Assembly: GCA_038087875.1 (NCBI GenBank)
Contig: JAXLNO010000462.1
Coordinates: 248,001 to 312,000, forward strand
From: Malacoraja senta
Lineage: Eukaryota
Reading direction: 5' to 3'
DNA: 64,000 nucleotides
Positions 25,035-38,646 of the stretch are shown piece by piece (position 1 is the first letter of the stretch; the number at the start of each line of letters is the position of its first letter). A program made the position numbers and the translations under genes. Below the pieces are notes generated by a model, which saw only the letters and a program-made list of their open reading frames with translations, made no database searches and was not told where the DNA came from.

Positions 25035-26400
25035 AGAAAATAGGTGCAGGAGAAGGAGAAGGCCATGCGGTCCTTCGAGCCAGCACCACCATTCACTGTG
25101 ATCATGGCTGATCGTCCCCAATCAATAACCCGTGCCTGCCTTCTCCCCATATCCCTTGATTCCACTAGCTCCTAGAGCTCTATCTAACTCTCTCTTAAAT
25201 CCATTCAGTGATTTGGCCTCCACTCCCCTCTGTGGCAGGGAATTCCACAAATTCTCAACTCTCTGGTGAAAACGTTTTTTCTCACCTCAGTCTTAAATGG
25301 CCTCCCCTTTATTCTAAGACTGTGGCCCCCTGGTTCTGGACTCGCCCAACATTGGGAACATTTTACTGCATCTAGCTTGTCCAGTCCTTTTATAATTTTA
25401 TATGTTTCTATAAGATCCCCCTCTAAACTCCAGTGAATACAAGCCTAGTCTTTTCAATATTTCCTCATATGACAGTCCCGCCATCCCGGGGATCAATCTC
25501 ATGAACCTACGCTGCACTGCCACAATCACAAGGATGTCCTTCTACCTCTCCTATACTGAAATCCTCTTGTTATGAAGCCCAACATTCCATTAGCTTTCTT
25601 CACTGCCTGCTGTACCTGCACGCCAACTTTCAGTGACCGGTGTACAAGGACGCCCAGGTCTCGCTGCACCACCCCCTTACCTAACCTAACCCCATTGATA
25701 TAATAATCTGCCCCTTGTTTTTGCCACCAAAGTGGATAACCTCACATTTATCTATATTATACTGCATCTGCCACGCATCGGCCCACTCACTCAACCTGTC
25801 CAGGTCACCCTGCAACCTACTAACATCCTCTTTACAGCTCACACTGCCACCCAGCTTTGTGTCATCCACAAACCTGCTCCTAATTCCCTCTTCCAAATCA
25901 TTAATATATATGGTAAACAGTTGCGGCCCCAACACCGAGCCTTGCGGCACTCCACTCGCCACTGCCTGCCATTCTGAAAAGGACCCGTTCACTCCTACTC
26001 TTTGCTTCCGGTCTGCCAACCAATTTTCTATCCATGTCAACAACCTACCCCCAATACCATGAGCTCTAATTTTAGTCACCAGTCTCCCGTGCGGGACCTT
26101 ATCAAAGGCTTTCTGAAAGTCTAGATACACTACATCCACTGGCACCCCTTCATCCATTTTACTTGTCACATCCTCAAAAAATTCCAGAAGATTAGACAAG
26201 CATGATTTTCTTTTCATAAATCCATGCTGACTTGGACTAAACCTTTTGCTGCTATCCAAATGCCCCATTATTACCTCATTAATAATTGACTCCAGCATCT
26301 TTCCCAGCACCGAAGTCAGGCTAACTGGTCTGTAATTCCCCGTTTTCTCTCTCGCTCCTTTCTTGAAAAGTGGGATAACATTAGCTATCCTCCAATCCAC
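25035..26400 (-). mobile_element. 5'-truncated CR1 LINE (RT plus 3' UTR)
   Basis: NYRPVSLTS, YLDFQKAFDKVPH, GVPQGSVLGP and FVDDTK. Confidence 0.9.
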
Positions 26401-26845
26401 AGGGAGGGTGCAGTGGTTTACCAGAACACTTTCTGGATTAGGGAGTTAGAGAGAGTTAAACAGAGTTCTGGTTAGAGCGAGCGACACAGGAACAGGCCCT
26501 TATATACAAGAGTGAAAGGGAGGGGAGAGAATGTGTAGTCGTTCCGCTGACTGGATAGCACGCAACAAAAAAGCTTTTCACTGTACCTCGGGGTACGTGA
26601 TAAAAACCCGCCAGAGACCCGGCTTCCAACCTGACTATGGGTGCTGCCTGTAGGGAGTTTGCACGTTCTCCCCGTGACCCGCGTGGGTTTTCTCGGAGTG
26701 CTCTGGTTTCCTCCCACACAGGTTTGTAGGTTAATTGGCTTGGTATAAATTGTAAATTGTCCCTAGTGTGAGTAGGATAGTGTTAGTGTGCGGGGATCGC
26801 TGGTCGGCACGGACTCGGTGGGCCGAAGGGACTGTTTCCGCGCTG

Positions 26846-29800
26846 CAGGGCTCGAAATTAGAGGTTGCCCGGGTGCACTGACCACTCAAAGCGCCGCCGG
26901 GCAACCTAAACACCGAGTCATTTTGCCCGGCTTGGCAACCAGATACTGGTTTGTACCGAAGATAGACACAAAAAACTGGAGTAACTCCGCGGGTCAGGCA
27001 GCATCTCTGGAGAGAAGGAACGCGACGTTTCGTGTCGGCGGCGGCTGTGCGGGGCAAAGATACTAGGTGCGGGGTGAGGAAGGGTCGGAACGAATGATAG
27101 GCCCCGAACAGCGGCAACAGCGGCTCCATCTCCTCCTCCTCCAGCCCCCCGCCCGCCCTGATAAGGGCTGCTGCTTGTAAACCCGCTAACGGCGATAACC
27201 GCTTTCAAAACAAACCCTCCCGCATGCCGAGGCCGGGAGGAGGGAGGGAGGGGAAGGCCTCGGCGTGCGGGAGGGTTTGTTTTGCGCCGTTACCGGATTT
27301 ACAAGCAGAGGCCCTTATCAGGGCGGGCGGGGGGGCGGGAGGTGGAGGAGATGGAGCCGCTGTCGCGGCCGCTGCTGCCGCTGTTTGGGGCCCGTCTTTC
27401 CGACTCGTCTGAAGCAGCTGCACCAAAGATCTTATACCTATAGGATCTCTGAGCTGCACCGCCTGGCCCCGCACCTTGCTGTTGGCTGGCGGAGGAGGGA
27501 GGCGGTGGCGAGGAGTTCCCAACGGCCAAGGCAGCGGGGTAATGTTGTCCGAGGAGCGCTGACCTTCCTTCCTCCCCACTTCGCTCCCTCTCTCTCCCTC
27601 TCCCTCTCTCTCTTGTACGCCCCCTCCACCCCCTTATCCTGGGACCCCTCCATTCCATCCCGCCCTGATCGCCATTCCCGCCTCTATTCAGTCCTCACTG
27701 ACATCCCGTGCTCTTCTCCACATCTACCCCCCCCCATCTATTCATCCTGTGCTGATCACCCTATCCAACTCGCATTGATTCTCCTGCCAACCCCCATCCA
27801 TCCTACACTGGTTCCTCAATTATCCCTGTACTTACCCCTTTCCCATCCATCCTGCACTTCTCCTCCATCCATCCTGTACTGATCCCCCATCCATCCTGTA
27901 CTAATCCACGCATTCATCCCGTACTGACCCACCCTCCATTTACCCTGCACCTTCCCCCCTTCCCCTCATTCATCCTGTAGTGATCCCCCATTCATCCTGC
28001 ACACCCTCCGATCCACACTGTACTGACCCCCCCATTCATCCTGCGCTGATCTCCCGCCCACCATCCATCCTGTACTGATCCTCCCATTCAAGAAGAATGG
28101 GGGGAACAGTCTGAAGAAGGGTCTCGACCCGAATCGTTGCCTATTTCCTTCGCTCCATAGATGCTGCCTCACCCGCTGAGTTTCTCCAGCACTTTTGTCT
28201 ACCCCCATCCATCCCGTACTGAACCCCCCCCCCATTCAACACCACTGACATCCCCTGTGCTCTCCCCTCACAATTTTACCTACTCCAACCAACACGTACT
28301 AATTCACCTGCCTCAATCCATCCATTCTGCGCTGACTGCCTTCTAACCCCCCCACCCCTGCCATCTATCCACCCCGCACTGATTCACACACACACCCCTC
28401 CCTGACCCTATTTTGCTGGAAATGTCTTCAGAGCGAACATTGACTATGTTTGATAACGGAATGCAATCAAATGTGTTTTAATTCCCAATGTTATTATTTG
28501 TTTTAATCCATAAAGATGTCAACTTAGCAACTTATCACATTCTGAACCACCTGGAGTCCGCAAACACATATGGGCCCGCATCCTGTTCATGGATTTCAGC
28601 TCTGCATTCAATACAATAAACTCGGCTAAATTGTTCAATAAATTACTGGACATGAACATTGATCCATGCATTTGCCACTGGATTCACAGCTTTCTCCGGA
28701 ACAGGCAACAAAGGGTGAGGATCAAGAATAACACAGGCTGTGTTCTCTCACCCTGGCTATTTTCCCTTTACACAAACCAGCCCACATCCCACCACAGCTC
28801 CGTCAACCTGTACAAGTACGCGGACGACTCAACCATCATAGGATTCATCACCAACAACCAAGAAACTGAATACCGTGCACAGGTCAACCAAGCAGTGACC
28901 TGGTGCACAGACCATGACCTCTTACTCAATTCATCAAAAACAAAAGAACTTATCATCGACCCAAGGCGCCAGCCATCCCCCAAAACTCCTGTGCTCATTA
29001 ATGATGAATCCATCTCCATCACTGACACATTCAAACTCCTTGGAACCCACATCAGCAACAACCTCAAATGGCGGACAAACGCAGACCACATTTATGGGAA
29101 AGCCCAGCAAAGACTTTTCCATCTCCGACAGCTAAGGAAGTTCAGAGTAAGATCTCATCTCATGCTCCGCTTCTAAACAGCCATCATTGAAAGCATCCTC
29201 ACTTCATCCATCACAGTCTGGTTCGGCAGTCTCGACTCACTCTCCCGGAAGAAATTACAGCGCATCATCAAGAGCATCAAAAATTATTGGCTTACCCCTA
29301 CCATCCCTTGAATCACTTTATCACAAACGGTCACTGCACAGAGCCCGCAAGATCATCTCTGATCCTACCCACCCTGCACACTATGCCTTTCAGCTACTGC
29401 CCTCTGGGAGGCGTTACAGGTCAATTGCCTCCAAAACAAGCCGCCTCAAAAACAGTTTCATTCCCACTGCAATTAACATTTTAAACTCTGTACGGTGAGG
29501 AATAAGAATAAGCATGGCACTTATGTATTATGTAATGTGTCTGTCTGTATGTACATCTATGTTATAAGTTTAATGTTGATGAAATGTTGGAACCTGTACC
29601 GAGCTGTACTGATAACAAATTCCACCAGCCTGGCTGTGTGGTCATTAAAATATGCAATACAAACAATACAACAAATACAATTAATTAAATTGTGAACACG
29701 AGAAACATTAAAACCGCATTGTTCGATTGTCACTGCTGCCGTTGACAGAATTACAGAATTCATTTTAACGGCAAATCAATGCTCTTAATATGGAGTATCA

Positions 29801-30247
29801 GTACTGTAGTTATTTAATGAGCAACATTCACAACTATACGTATGCATATATGTTACCATAGTCCAGGATTTACTGACACAGGTTGATCATACACTGAATA
29901 ATCCAACCACATTGTTGTTTGGAAGTGGAAAGAACTAATAGAAATTGCATTAATTGCAATGTTGAGTTGAGATACTGTCTTATAATTTTGCTGCATGTCA
30001 TTGTGGGATATATCATGTCTTGATTGGTGAATATGTTTAGTTTGTGACTTTATTTGAAGCAGAAATAATATGTGAATACTTCATTGAGTATAATTCCGAC
30101 TGGTAACTACGCACTTCGTCCGAGCACATTATCGCACGCGTCATGCAAGCCATCTTAAATGACCACCTAAACTGTCATTTGGCAACCTAAAAAGCTGCCA
30201 AGGTTGCCCGGCTGGCAACAGGGAAAAAAAGTTAAGCAAGAGCCCTG
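26846..30247. mobile_element. Non-autonomous DNA transposon (hAT-like termini CAGGGCTC...GAGCCCTG) with a 5-bp TSD CGCTG, inserted in a SINE
   Basis: CGCTG at 26841-26845 and 30248-30252. The flanks rejoin into the SINE tail TTTCCGCGCTGTATCTCTAAAC. Confidence 0.75.
28517..29685 (+). mobile_element. Rex1/Babar-type LINE fragment nested in the DNA transposon
   Basis: MDFSSAFNTI, KYADD, KAQQRLFHLRQL and PSGRRYR. Absent from the sister transposon copy at ~24632. Confidence 0.8.
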
Positions 30248-30440
30248 CGCTGTATCTCTAAACTAAACTAGTGAACGGGCGATCGCTGGTCGGCACGGAC
30301 TCGGTGGGCTGAAGGGCCTGTTCACCGCACTGTATCTCTAAACTAAACTAGTGTGTGAACGGGCGATCGCTGGTTGGCATGGACTCGGTGGGCCGAAGGG
30401 CCTGTTTCTGCACAGTACCTCTCAACTAAACGAAACTTAC

Positions 30441-30556
30441 GGTCGGTAACGATGATGCAGAAATAGGAATGGGAACCGTTGTGGACTGTGACGGTGGGAA
30501 CATGAGAGTTGCTGATGAAAATGGCAGACTGTCCAATGCACACACGTTCTATAACC
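30441..30556 (-). pseudogene. TCTN3: TCTN3-like exon 3 (116 nt): VIERVCIGQSAIFISNSHVPTVTVHNGSHSYFCIIVTD
   Basis: tttcag| acceptor and |gtaagt donor. The phase-2 start fits exon 2. Resembles human VCVDNSVIFRSNS...FCVHVNN. Confidence 0.88.
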
Positions 30557-32147
30557 CTGAAATAAACAGATAAATTGACAGTCAGTGGCTTTTTTACATT
30601 TCATGGAGTCACAAGTTATTGTAGCATTAGGTCATTCGGCCCATCGAGTCCAATCCTCCATTCATCATGGCTGATCTTCAAGGCCTTCATAGTAGGAAGA
30701 TTTCAGTTCAGGAGCAAAGAGGTCCTTCTGCAGTTGTACAGGGCCCTAGTGAGACCACACCTGGAGTATTGTGTGCAGTTTTGGTCCCCTAATTTGAGGA
30801 AGGACATTCTTGCTATTCAGGGAGTGCAGCGTAGGTTCACCAGGTTAATTCCCGGGATGGCGGGACTGACTTCCGGTGGCGCCATGTTGGACTAACAGAC
30901 GTGCACCTAGCTCACCTCACCTCCTGAAATCGGGATTGTTTTTAAAAACCTTACCGGAGCTTCTGGTCGCCGCGCTGATGACGTCATCATTAAGCGCGAT
31001 GTTTTAAACGGTGGTTTAAAGCCTTTTAAATCAGTAAACTGCCTCCAGCTGTGAGCCCTCAGAGATCAGTGAAAAAGCTGCTGCGAGACCAGAAGAAGCC
31101 TGAAGCAGGTTACCTCTGAAGTCTCTGAAGTGGCTGCAGAAATGGATACAAGATCTAAGAAAGAGTTTGATGACGAAGAAATCAGTGAAAAATATGAAAG
31201 ATGAGATTTTGGACGAAAATAAAATTATGATGGAAAATATGAAGGAAGATATGAAGGAAAATATGGCAAAAATGATGGAAGGAATGGAGAAGATGATGAG
31301 GGATTTAAATGCTGGTAATCAGAAGAATATGATTGATTCACTGGACATTATGAATAAACGAATTGATGAGGTGAAAGATGGACTATCAGAGAGAATGGAC
31401 AAGATGGATGAAACTACTACGGACAAGTTCACGGTTGTGCTTGAAACAGTAGCTGCAAGTATGCGCACAATTACGGAATTGGAGAAAAACACGGCTCGAG
31501 TGGTTGAAGACATGGCGAAAATGAGGGAAGAACATGAGCAAATGAGGCGAGAAAATGAACAAACTTCACTACAGATGGTGACTCAACTCAGTAAAGTTTC
31601 AGAAAAATGCCTGGACCTGGAAGCTCGCTCTAGACGTCAGAATTTGAGAATTCTTGGAGTCTCAGAGGGAGCCGAGGGGGAGGATGTGCGTGAGTTTGCC
31701 ATGGGCTTGCTTAAACAACTGCTGAATCTTTCCAAAGAACCGAAAATCGAAGTGGCTCATCGTGTCCCAAGATTTAAACAAAGATCTGGTGCGGGAAAAA
31801 CTTACCCACGACATATTATTGTGAAATTTCGGGATATTTTAGAACTGGAAGATGTTATGAGCAAAATCAAATACGGTGTGCAACTGCGGCTGGACAATGA
31901 CACTATTAAGATATTCAGGGACTACCCGTATGAAATTGTGCAACAAAGAAACAAATTCGAGAAGGTTAAGGATCTTTTAAGAGGGAAAGAAGGGATCAGA
32001 TATGGGATTTTTTACCCTGCGAAAATGCGTATTTCCTTTAAGGGTTTTGAAAAGTCATTTGTTAAGCCTGAAGACGCGTTTAAATATGCCCAAACTATCG
32101 TTGAAAAATAGAAATCAAAGGGGGGTTTGGCAGATCTGAACCATTCT

Positions 32148-32699
32148 TTTTTTTTTTTTTTTTTAATTTGTATTTTATTAGAAGTACATTACATTACAAC
32201 CACATACATTAGTACTTGTCATTTATATCTTCTTACAATTAATGTACTCCATTTATTTTTTACACTAGAAAAGGAAAAGATTGAAAGAAAGAAGAAAGTG
32301 AAGGAAAAAGTGGAAGTGTAGGAAATGTGACAACAAAAAAGGACAAAGACCCTATAAGAGCAAAATTAAAAACAAAAGAAAAAGAGTTAAGAAATAGACC
32401 CTAGGAAAAAAAGAAAGAGAGAAAGAGGAAAAAGAGAGAAACAAATATTTTTATGAGCATTACGCAAAATGGACATACCAACTCTTCAACTATCATCCCC
32501 CCTTACCTGACCTCAATTTTTTTTTTTTTTAAGTACTTTTGCACCTTATGTTTGTAATAATTCTATAAATACAGACCACGTCAGGTGGAAATGATCTGGT
32601 TTACCTGCTAGGAGGAGTCTTATCTCTTCTAGGTGTAATGTTTCAAACATATTTGAAATCCACATATTTATAGTTGGTATTGGAGCCTTCTTCCAAAAC
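32148..32699 (-). mobile_element. L1-D: 5'-truncated antisense L1 of the same subfamily as L1-A, 12-bp TSD
   Basis: Poly(T) at 32147-32164; CTGAACCATTCT at 32136-32147 and 32700-32711. Reverse complement of ~50401-50920. Confidence 0.88.
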
Positions 32700-33310
32700 C
32701 TGAACCATTCTAAGCAATGCTTTGTCTGGGGATAGTTAGACTGTTATCTTTGGAATGTTGAATCAAGGACACTTTCTGTTCAAAATGAGTAAACAGCTGA
32801 ACAGATGGGAATGGTATATACCAGAAGCATTTACTTGCTTATTAGATTATAATATTATAACCAATTGTAAGAACTTATCCTATTAACAACTTAATAAGTT
32901 ATGCATGTTAGATTAGAATACTAACAAAAACAAAAATAAAAAATAATGAACTAACATACTAATATGAATTTTTAATAAATTGAAACCTTATCTATAAGTG
33001 GGAGGAGGGGATGAGAAACGAGCACCTGGCTTAGGCCCAGGGGAACGTCTCGGTAACCCCTTCAACCAACAGTTGATTCTTATTGAAGTCAAAAGTATCG
33101 GTTTAATAATTAGTACTTAAAATTCCGATATATATATATGTTATAATGAAATATACAGGGTAAAATTGTATTATATATCTGAATGTGAGGCCCCGTTTTA
33201 ATATTTTAATATGTTATGATTAACTAAGAGAGCGGAGCTATTTGTGTAACAACGCAATGGAAGTCAAAACAAGGTTTTTTCCCACCTACAGGTGGGACAC
33301 TCGCTTCTCG

Positions 33311-33492
33311 CTAAGAGGGATTTAGATGTGGCCCTTGTGGCTAAAGGGATCAGGGGGTATGGAGAGAAGGCAGGTACGGGATACTGAGTTGGATGATCAG
33401 CCATGATCATATTGAATGGCGGTGCAGGCTCGAAGGGCCGAATGGCCTACTCCTGCACCTATTTTCTATGTATTTCTATGTATTTCTATGTA
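33311..33492 (+). mobile_element. CR1 3' end inserted in the L1-A inter-ORF spacer
   Basis: CR1 3' UTR with a (TTTCTATGTA)3 tail. Confidence 0.8.
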
Positions 33493-36400
33493 CAGTGCCG
33501 ACTATATCAGACACTGTATTTTCACTTTTTTAGTTTTTTTTTTATCACATAAAATCACATGTTTGTGTTTTGTGTTTAGTGATAAGCGTAAAATGGACAT
33601 ACCAACAAAACTTAAAAACTCAAAAGTTCCCCCAATACCCAAAGACCTGGGATATGGATGCACCACAAGATTTAAAGGTACTATAATTATTCAAAATGCA
33701 TGACACCAAACAAAAGAACCTAGGAGGAATCTCATTTTGTAGTTGGAATATAAGAGGTATTAACGAACCTATTAAAAGGGGTAAGATACTAGCTCAGCTG
33801 AAACTGTACAACTCCGACATTACCTTCCTACAAGAAACACACTTAAAATCTCAGGATCAAGTTAGGTTGAGGGCGAAATGGATAGGTCAAACATACCATT
33901 CTTCATTTACTTCAAAATCTAGAGGCACATCAATCATTATAAGAAAAGGTATACCATTTAAAGCAAAGAATATCATAACAGATATAGAAGGGAGATACCT
34001 AATAGTTAATGGAGAAATCCATGATACTCCACTTACCTTGGTAAATATATATGCCCCTAACTTTGATAACCCCCACTTTTTCAATAAAATTTTCAACATA
34101 ATTGCAGAGTCTAACTATCAAAATGTTATAATAGGAGGAGACTTTAACTGTGTTTTAGATCCGTACTTAGATAAATCAAGCCAAAAACAGAGAGGGAATA
34201 TGAAATCGAAAACCGGGGAACTTCTCAATACCTATATAAACAATACTAATATAGCAGATGTTTGGAGAATTGTTAATCCAACTGGCAGGGAATACTCGTT
34301 TTATTCAATGGTACATAAGACATACTCACGTATAGACTACTTTCTGCTGGATACAAAATTAATCCCCCAAACATCTAACGCAATATACCACACAAATTCG
34401 ATTTCAGACCATTCTCCACTAACTTTCTTTTTAAAACTGGAAGGAATGTTTAAGAATAAATCATTTTGGAGATTTAATTCTCAAATTCTAAAAGATCCAC
34501 AAGCGAGTATATATTTAAAAGAACAAATGGAGGTCTTTTTTCAAATAAATTAAACTCCAGATATATCATCTACTGTATTATGGGAATCTTTTAAAGCATA
34601 CATTAGGGGTATTATAATTTCATATCAAGCTTTTCAAAATAAAAATAATAAGAATGGACAAAGACAGTTAGAAGAACTTATTAGACAAATGGATATAGAT
34701 AATGCTAAAGATCCATCAATAGATAAACATAATAAAATAATAATTTTGAAATTTAAATTAAATAAATTATTATCTGCCAAACTTATAAGACTTTTTCAAA
34801 TTACAAAACAAGAGCACTTTGAATTTGGGGATAAACCGCATAAACTTTTGGCTCGCCAGCTAAAAAAATGAGAAAAGGAACATACTATACCAAAGATCAA
34901 ATCAGATAAAGGGGAATTATTAACAACACCGAAGGATATTAATAAAAGATTTGCGCAATTTTATGAGAATTTGTATACATCTAAAACGACAAGTGATTCC
35001 AATAATATCACAAAGTTTTTGGATAACTGTAATCTTCCAAAGTTAGAGCCGAAGGAACAAGAGGAATTGGGTGCACAAATCTCAATTAAGGAATTAGAAG
35101 ATACAATAAACTCACTAAAGAATGGAAAAACACCAGGCCCTGATGGATTTACTAATGAATTTTATAAAAGCTTTTATGATAAAATAATACCAAGATTACA
35201 AAAAATGTACCAATATGCTTATAAAAAACGAATACTACCTGATACATTAGCGGAATCAACGATTACACTAATACCTAAGAAAAACAAAGATTTAGAAGAA
35301 CCTGGTTCATATAGAGCTATAGCATTGTTAAACACAGATCAAAAAATATTAGCGAAAACATTAGCTAGAAGATTAAGTAAATACATTAGTAAATTAATAA
35401 ACCCAGATCAGACGGGGTTTATCCCTAAGAGATACTCATCTAACAATATGAGACGTCTACTCAACATAATGCACTCACACAAATCTGAAGATCAAGAATT
35501 ATCAATTATTTCGCTGGATGCTGAAAAAGCATTTGATCAAGTAGAATGGAATTATATGGACAAAGTATTACAAAAATTTCAACTGGGGGAGAATTTTATT
35601 CTATGGATCAAGTTACTATATAACAAACCTACAGCTAGAATACTAACTAATAACATATTATCCTCGAAATTCCAACTATCAAGGGGAAATAGACAAGGAT
35701 GCTCATTATCACCACAGCTGTTTGCTCTCATTATTGAACCGCTAGCAGAAAAAATTAGAATACACCCTGATATCCATGGATATACTAAAGACTCATATAA
35801 TAAAATATCTTTATACGCAGATGATATATTACTGTACATTACAAAACCTCAAATCACTATACCAAATATATTAAATTTAATTGAAGACTTTGGATCTTTT
35901 TCTGGATATAGAATAAATTGGAATAAAAGTGAAATTATGTCAATAAAACCGAAAGATTCAACACATCTTTTAAAATTCCCTTTTAAAATAGCTACAGAAA
36001 AATTTAAATACTTGGGAATCGAAATTACCAGAACATATCAAGGTATGTTTAGGGCAAATTTTGACCCCCTACTTAATAAATTAAACACACTAATTAAATT
36101 CTGGAAAACGCTCCCGATGTCTTTAATAGGCCGCATAAACGCAATAAAAATGATCTTTCTATCACAAATTTTATACCTATTTCAATCGATTCCTATATAC
36201 TTACCAAAGAAGTTTTATAAAAAACTCGACTCAGATATCACTAATTTTATATGGGACTATAAATCACATAGAATACAAAAAACTCATCTGAATAAACCTA
36301 AAGTATTAGGGGGTTTAGCAATACCTAACTTTATGTATTATTATTGGTCAGTAAATATTAAAAATATGATTCAACTGATGGATAACTCCGCCCAGCAAGT

Positions 36401-36957
36401 AGACTGGATTGTAATGGAGAAAGAGGATTGCTCCTCTGGAAACATTGGAGCGATCCTCCTTTCTCCAATGAAATTGAATAACATAAATTATAATAAGAAC
36501 CCAATTATTCATAGTACAATCCGAATTTGGAAACAAATAAAACAAAATTTAAAATTAAGAAATTTATCACTTTTATTACCTATAGTTAATAACCCTTCGT
36601 TTAATCCCTCTATTATAGATAAAGCTTTTACACATTGGGATAGACTAGGAATTAAAACGCTTGGTGACTTGTTTGAAACTGGAAAATTACTTTCATTTCA
36701 ACAATTACAAATAAAATATAAACTCGGAAATAATCAATATTTTAAATATTTTCAAATATGCGACTATTTGAAAAAATATACAAAAGATCATTATAATAAC
36801 CCAGTAGGACTTCCGGTGGCGCTATGGAGGCTTGAGTCCAGCGCCAACTAGCTCCGTGCCGAAGAAAATTAAAAACGGGAGAAATCGGGTCTTACCTGCA
36901 GCGATCTCGATCTGAACGGCTGCCTGCGGGACGTCAACAAGCGCGCTACTTCACGGT

Positions 36958-37998
36958 ATGTCACTACAACGTACCCCCACCCGTGTGACACAAAAAAAAG
37001 CCGCTAAAGGTAGAACGCAGATGGAAGAGGAAGGCCCTACAGAGGCCTCGGCCTCAGTTACAAAGACGCCCCAGGAAACCCAGGAAACCCAGGAAGACCC
37101 TCCGAAGAAAATGACAAAACAGAAAAAGTCGGAAATGGAGGACCTTAAAGCCTTTCTCGCTGCCGAAATGAGAATCTTTGGAGAGCAACTCGACTCTTTT
37201 AAGGTAGATTTTAAAACAGAAATGCATTCTACCGTTCAACAAATGCTGGAAATCTGGAAGAGGACGAGGGAGGAAGAGGTCAAGGATCAGATGGAAGTGC
37301 TGGAAGCCAGGCTCGATTCGGTGGAAACGAAGGTTAAAACGGAGCTGGACCCCATCCATCACATACTTGATCAACATAGAACAGCGATAACCGAACTTGA
37401 AAAATGTGCGGCGACAAGCGAGGAAACTGTAAGTCGACTTCTTACTGAAAATCAACGCCTTACAGATATGGTGATCAAATTAAGTGATAAATGTATCGAT
37501 TTGGAGGGACGGCAAAGACGTAAAAATTTAAGAATTGTAGGGGTGAAAGAAGGAAGTGAGAGGGAAATGGGCACTCGGGATTTCGTGGCAAATCTATTAC
37601 AAAAAGCCTTAAAATTGGATTACAAACCCTCACTCGGTCGAGCTCATAGAGCGCAGCGACGACGTACTCAAGACGATGCCCATCCAAGACAAATTATTGT
37701 AAAGGTGCAAATGGATCAAGAATTTGACGATATAATGAAGAAAACTGTTCAAGGCGGTCAACTCCATTTTGAAGGTGTGAGATTCAGTATCTACCGAGAT
37801 TATCCGGCAGAAGTCTTCAAGAAAAGAGCGCTGTTCATTGAGACAAAAAGAATACTGAAGAATGTACCTGATTTGAGATACGGCTTGCTTTATCCCGCAA
37901 GACTAAGAGTCTCTTACAAGTCCAAGGAACACTTTTTTACAGACCACGAAAAAGCACTGCAATACGCCAAAGAAGTTGGTAACACGACCATAGACTGA
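36958..37998 (+). CDS. L1-B ORF1p (coiled coil + RRM + CTD), 346 aa, open
   Basis: DLEGRQRRKNLRIVGVKE, RAHR, YRDYP and YGLLYPARLRV. Confidence 0.88.
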   Translation: MSLQRTPTRVTQKKAAKGRTQMEEEGPTEASASVTKTPQETQETQEDPPKKMTKQKKSEMEDLKAFLAAEMRIFGEQLDSFKVDFKTEMHSTVQQMLEIWKRTREEEVKDQMEVLEARLDSVETKVKTELDPIHHILDQHRTAITELEKCAATSEETVSRLLTENQRLTDMVIKLSDKCIDLEGRQRRKNLRIVGVKEGSEREMGTRDFVANLLQKALKLDYKPSLGRAHRAQRRRTQDDAHPRQIIVKVQMDQEFDDIMKKTVQGGQLHFEGVRFSIYRDYPAEVFKKRALFIETKRILKNVPDLRYGLLYPARLRVSYKSKEHFFTDHEKALQYAKEVGNTTID

Positions 37999-38607
37999 AG
38001 GATTTACATTACTCCCTAGGAGTCAAGGACCAACAGGACTACCAGATTTAAAAGGACCTTTAAAGTTCTTTTAAGAGCTTTAAGGACATTCGGAAACCGA
38101 AATGGACGGAGGATATTGGACAAAACCGTGATCTTCGTAATTTTATTTTATTTTTTATTATTTTACATATAAAAATTTGTTTTCTTTTAAAAAAAAAATT
38201 CTTTTTTTTTTTTTTTTGTGTTTACTAATCATCATTATTATTTGTATATTCATATCTAACTATATAGATAATAACTAATACTTATTAAAATCCATATTAC
38301 CACTAAAATTATTAACATTAATATTTCTTATAAAAATTTAATACGGGATATGATTGATAACAATGATTAATAATTAATAGTCTTCGATTAAGGTAGAAAT
38401 GAATTACATACTTATATTATAAAGGAAGATATGTAAGAAGTAATTTAGCCTACGTCATAATAAAGTTTGACGGTTTTTCTCTTTATTTTTCAATTTAAAA
38501 TTAGATTTATAGATTTAGTGAAAAAATTAATAGGATAGGTAGAGAATAATAACGTTGTGAATTTTTGTTGTTTTGCAGGGTTACGTGCTTATGTATGTAT
38601 ACATATG

Positions 38608-38646
<39 letters not shown>

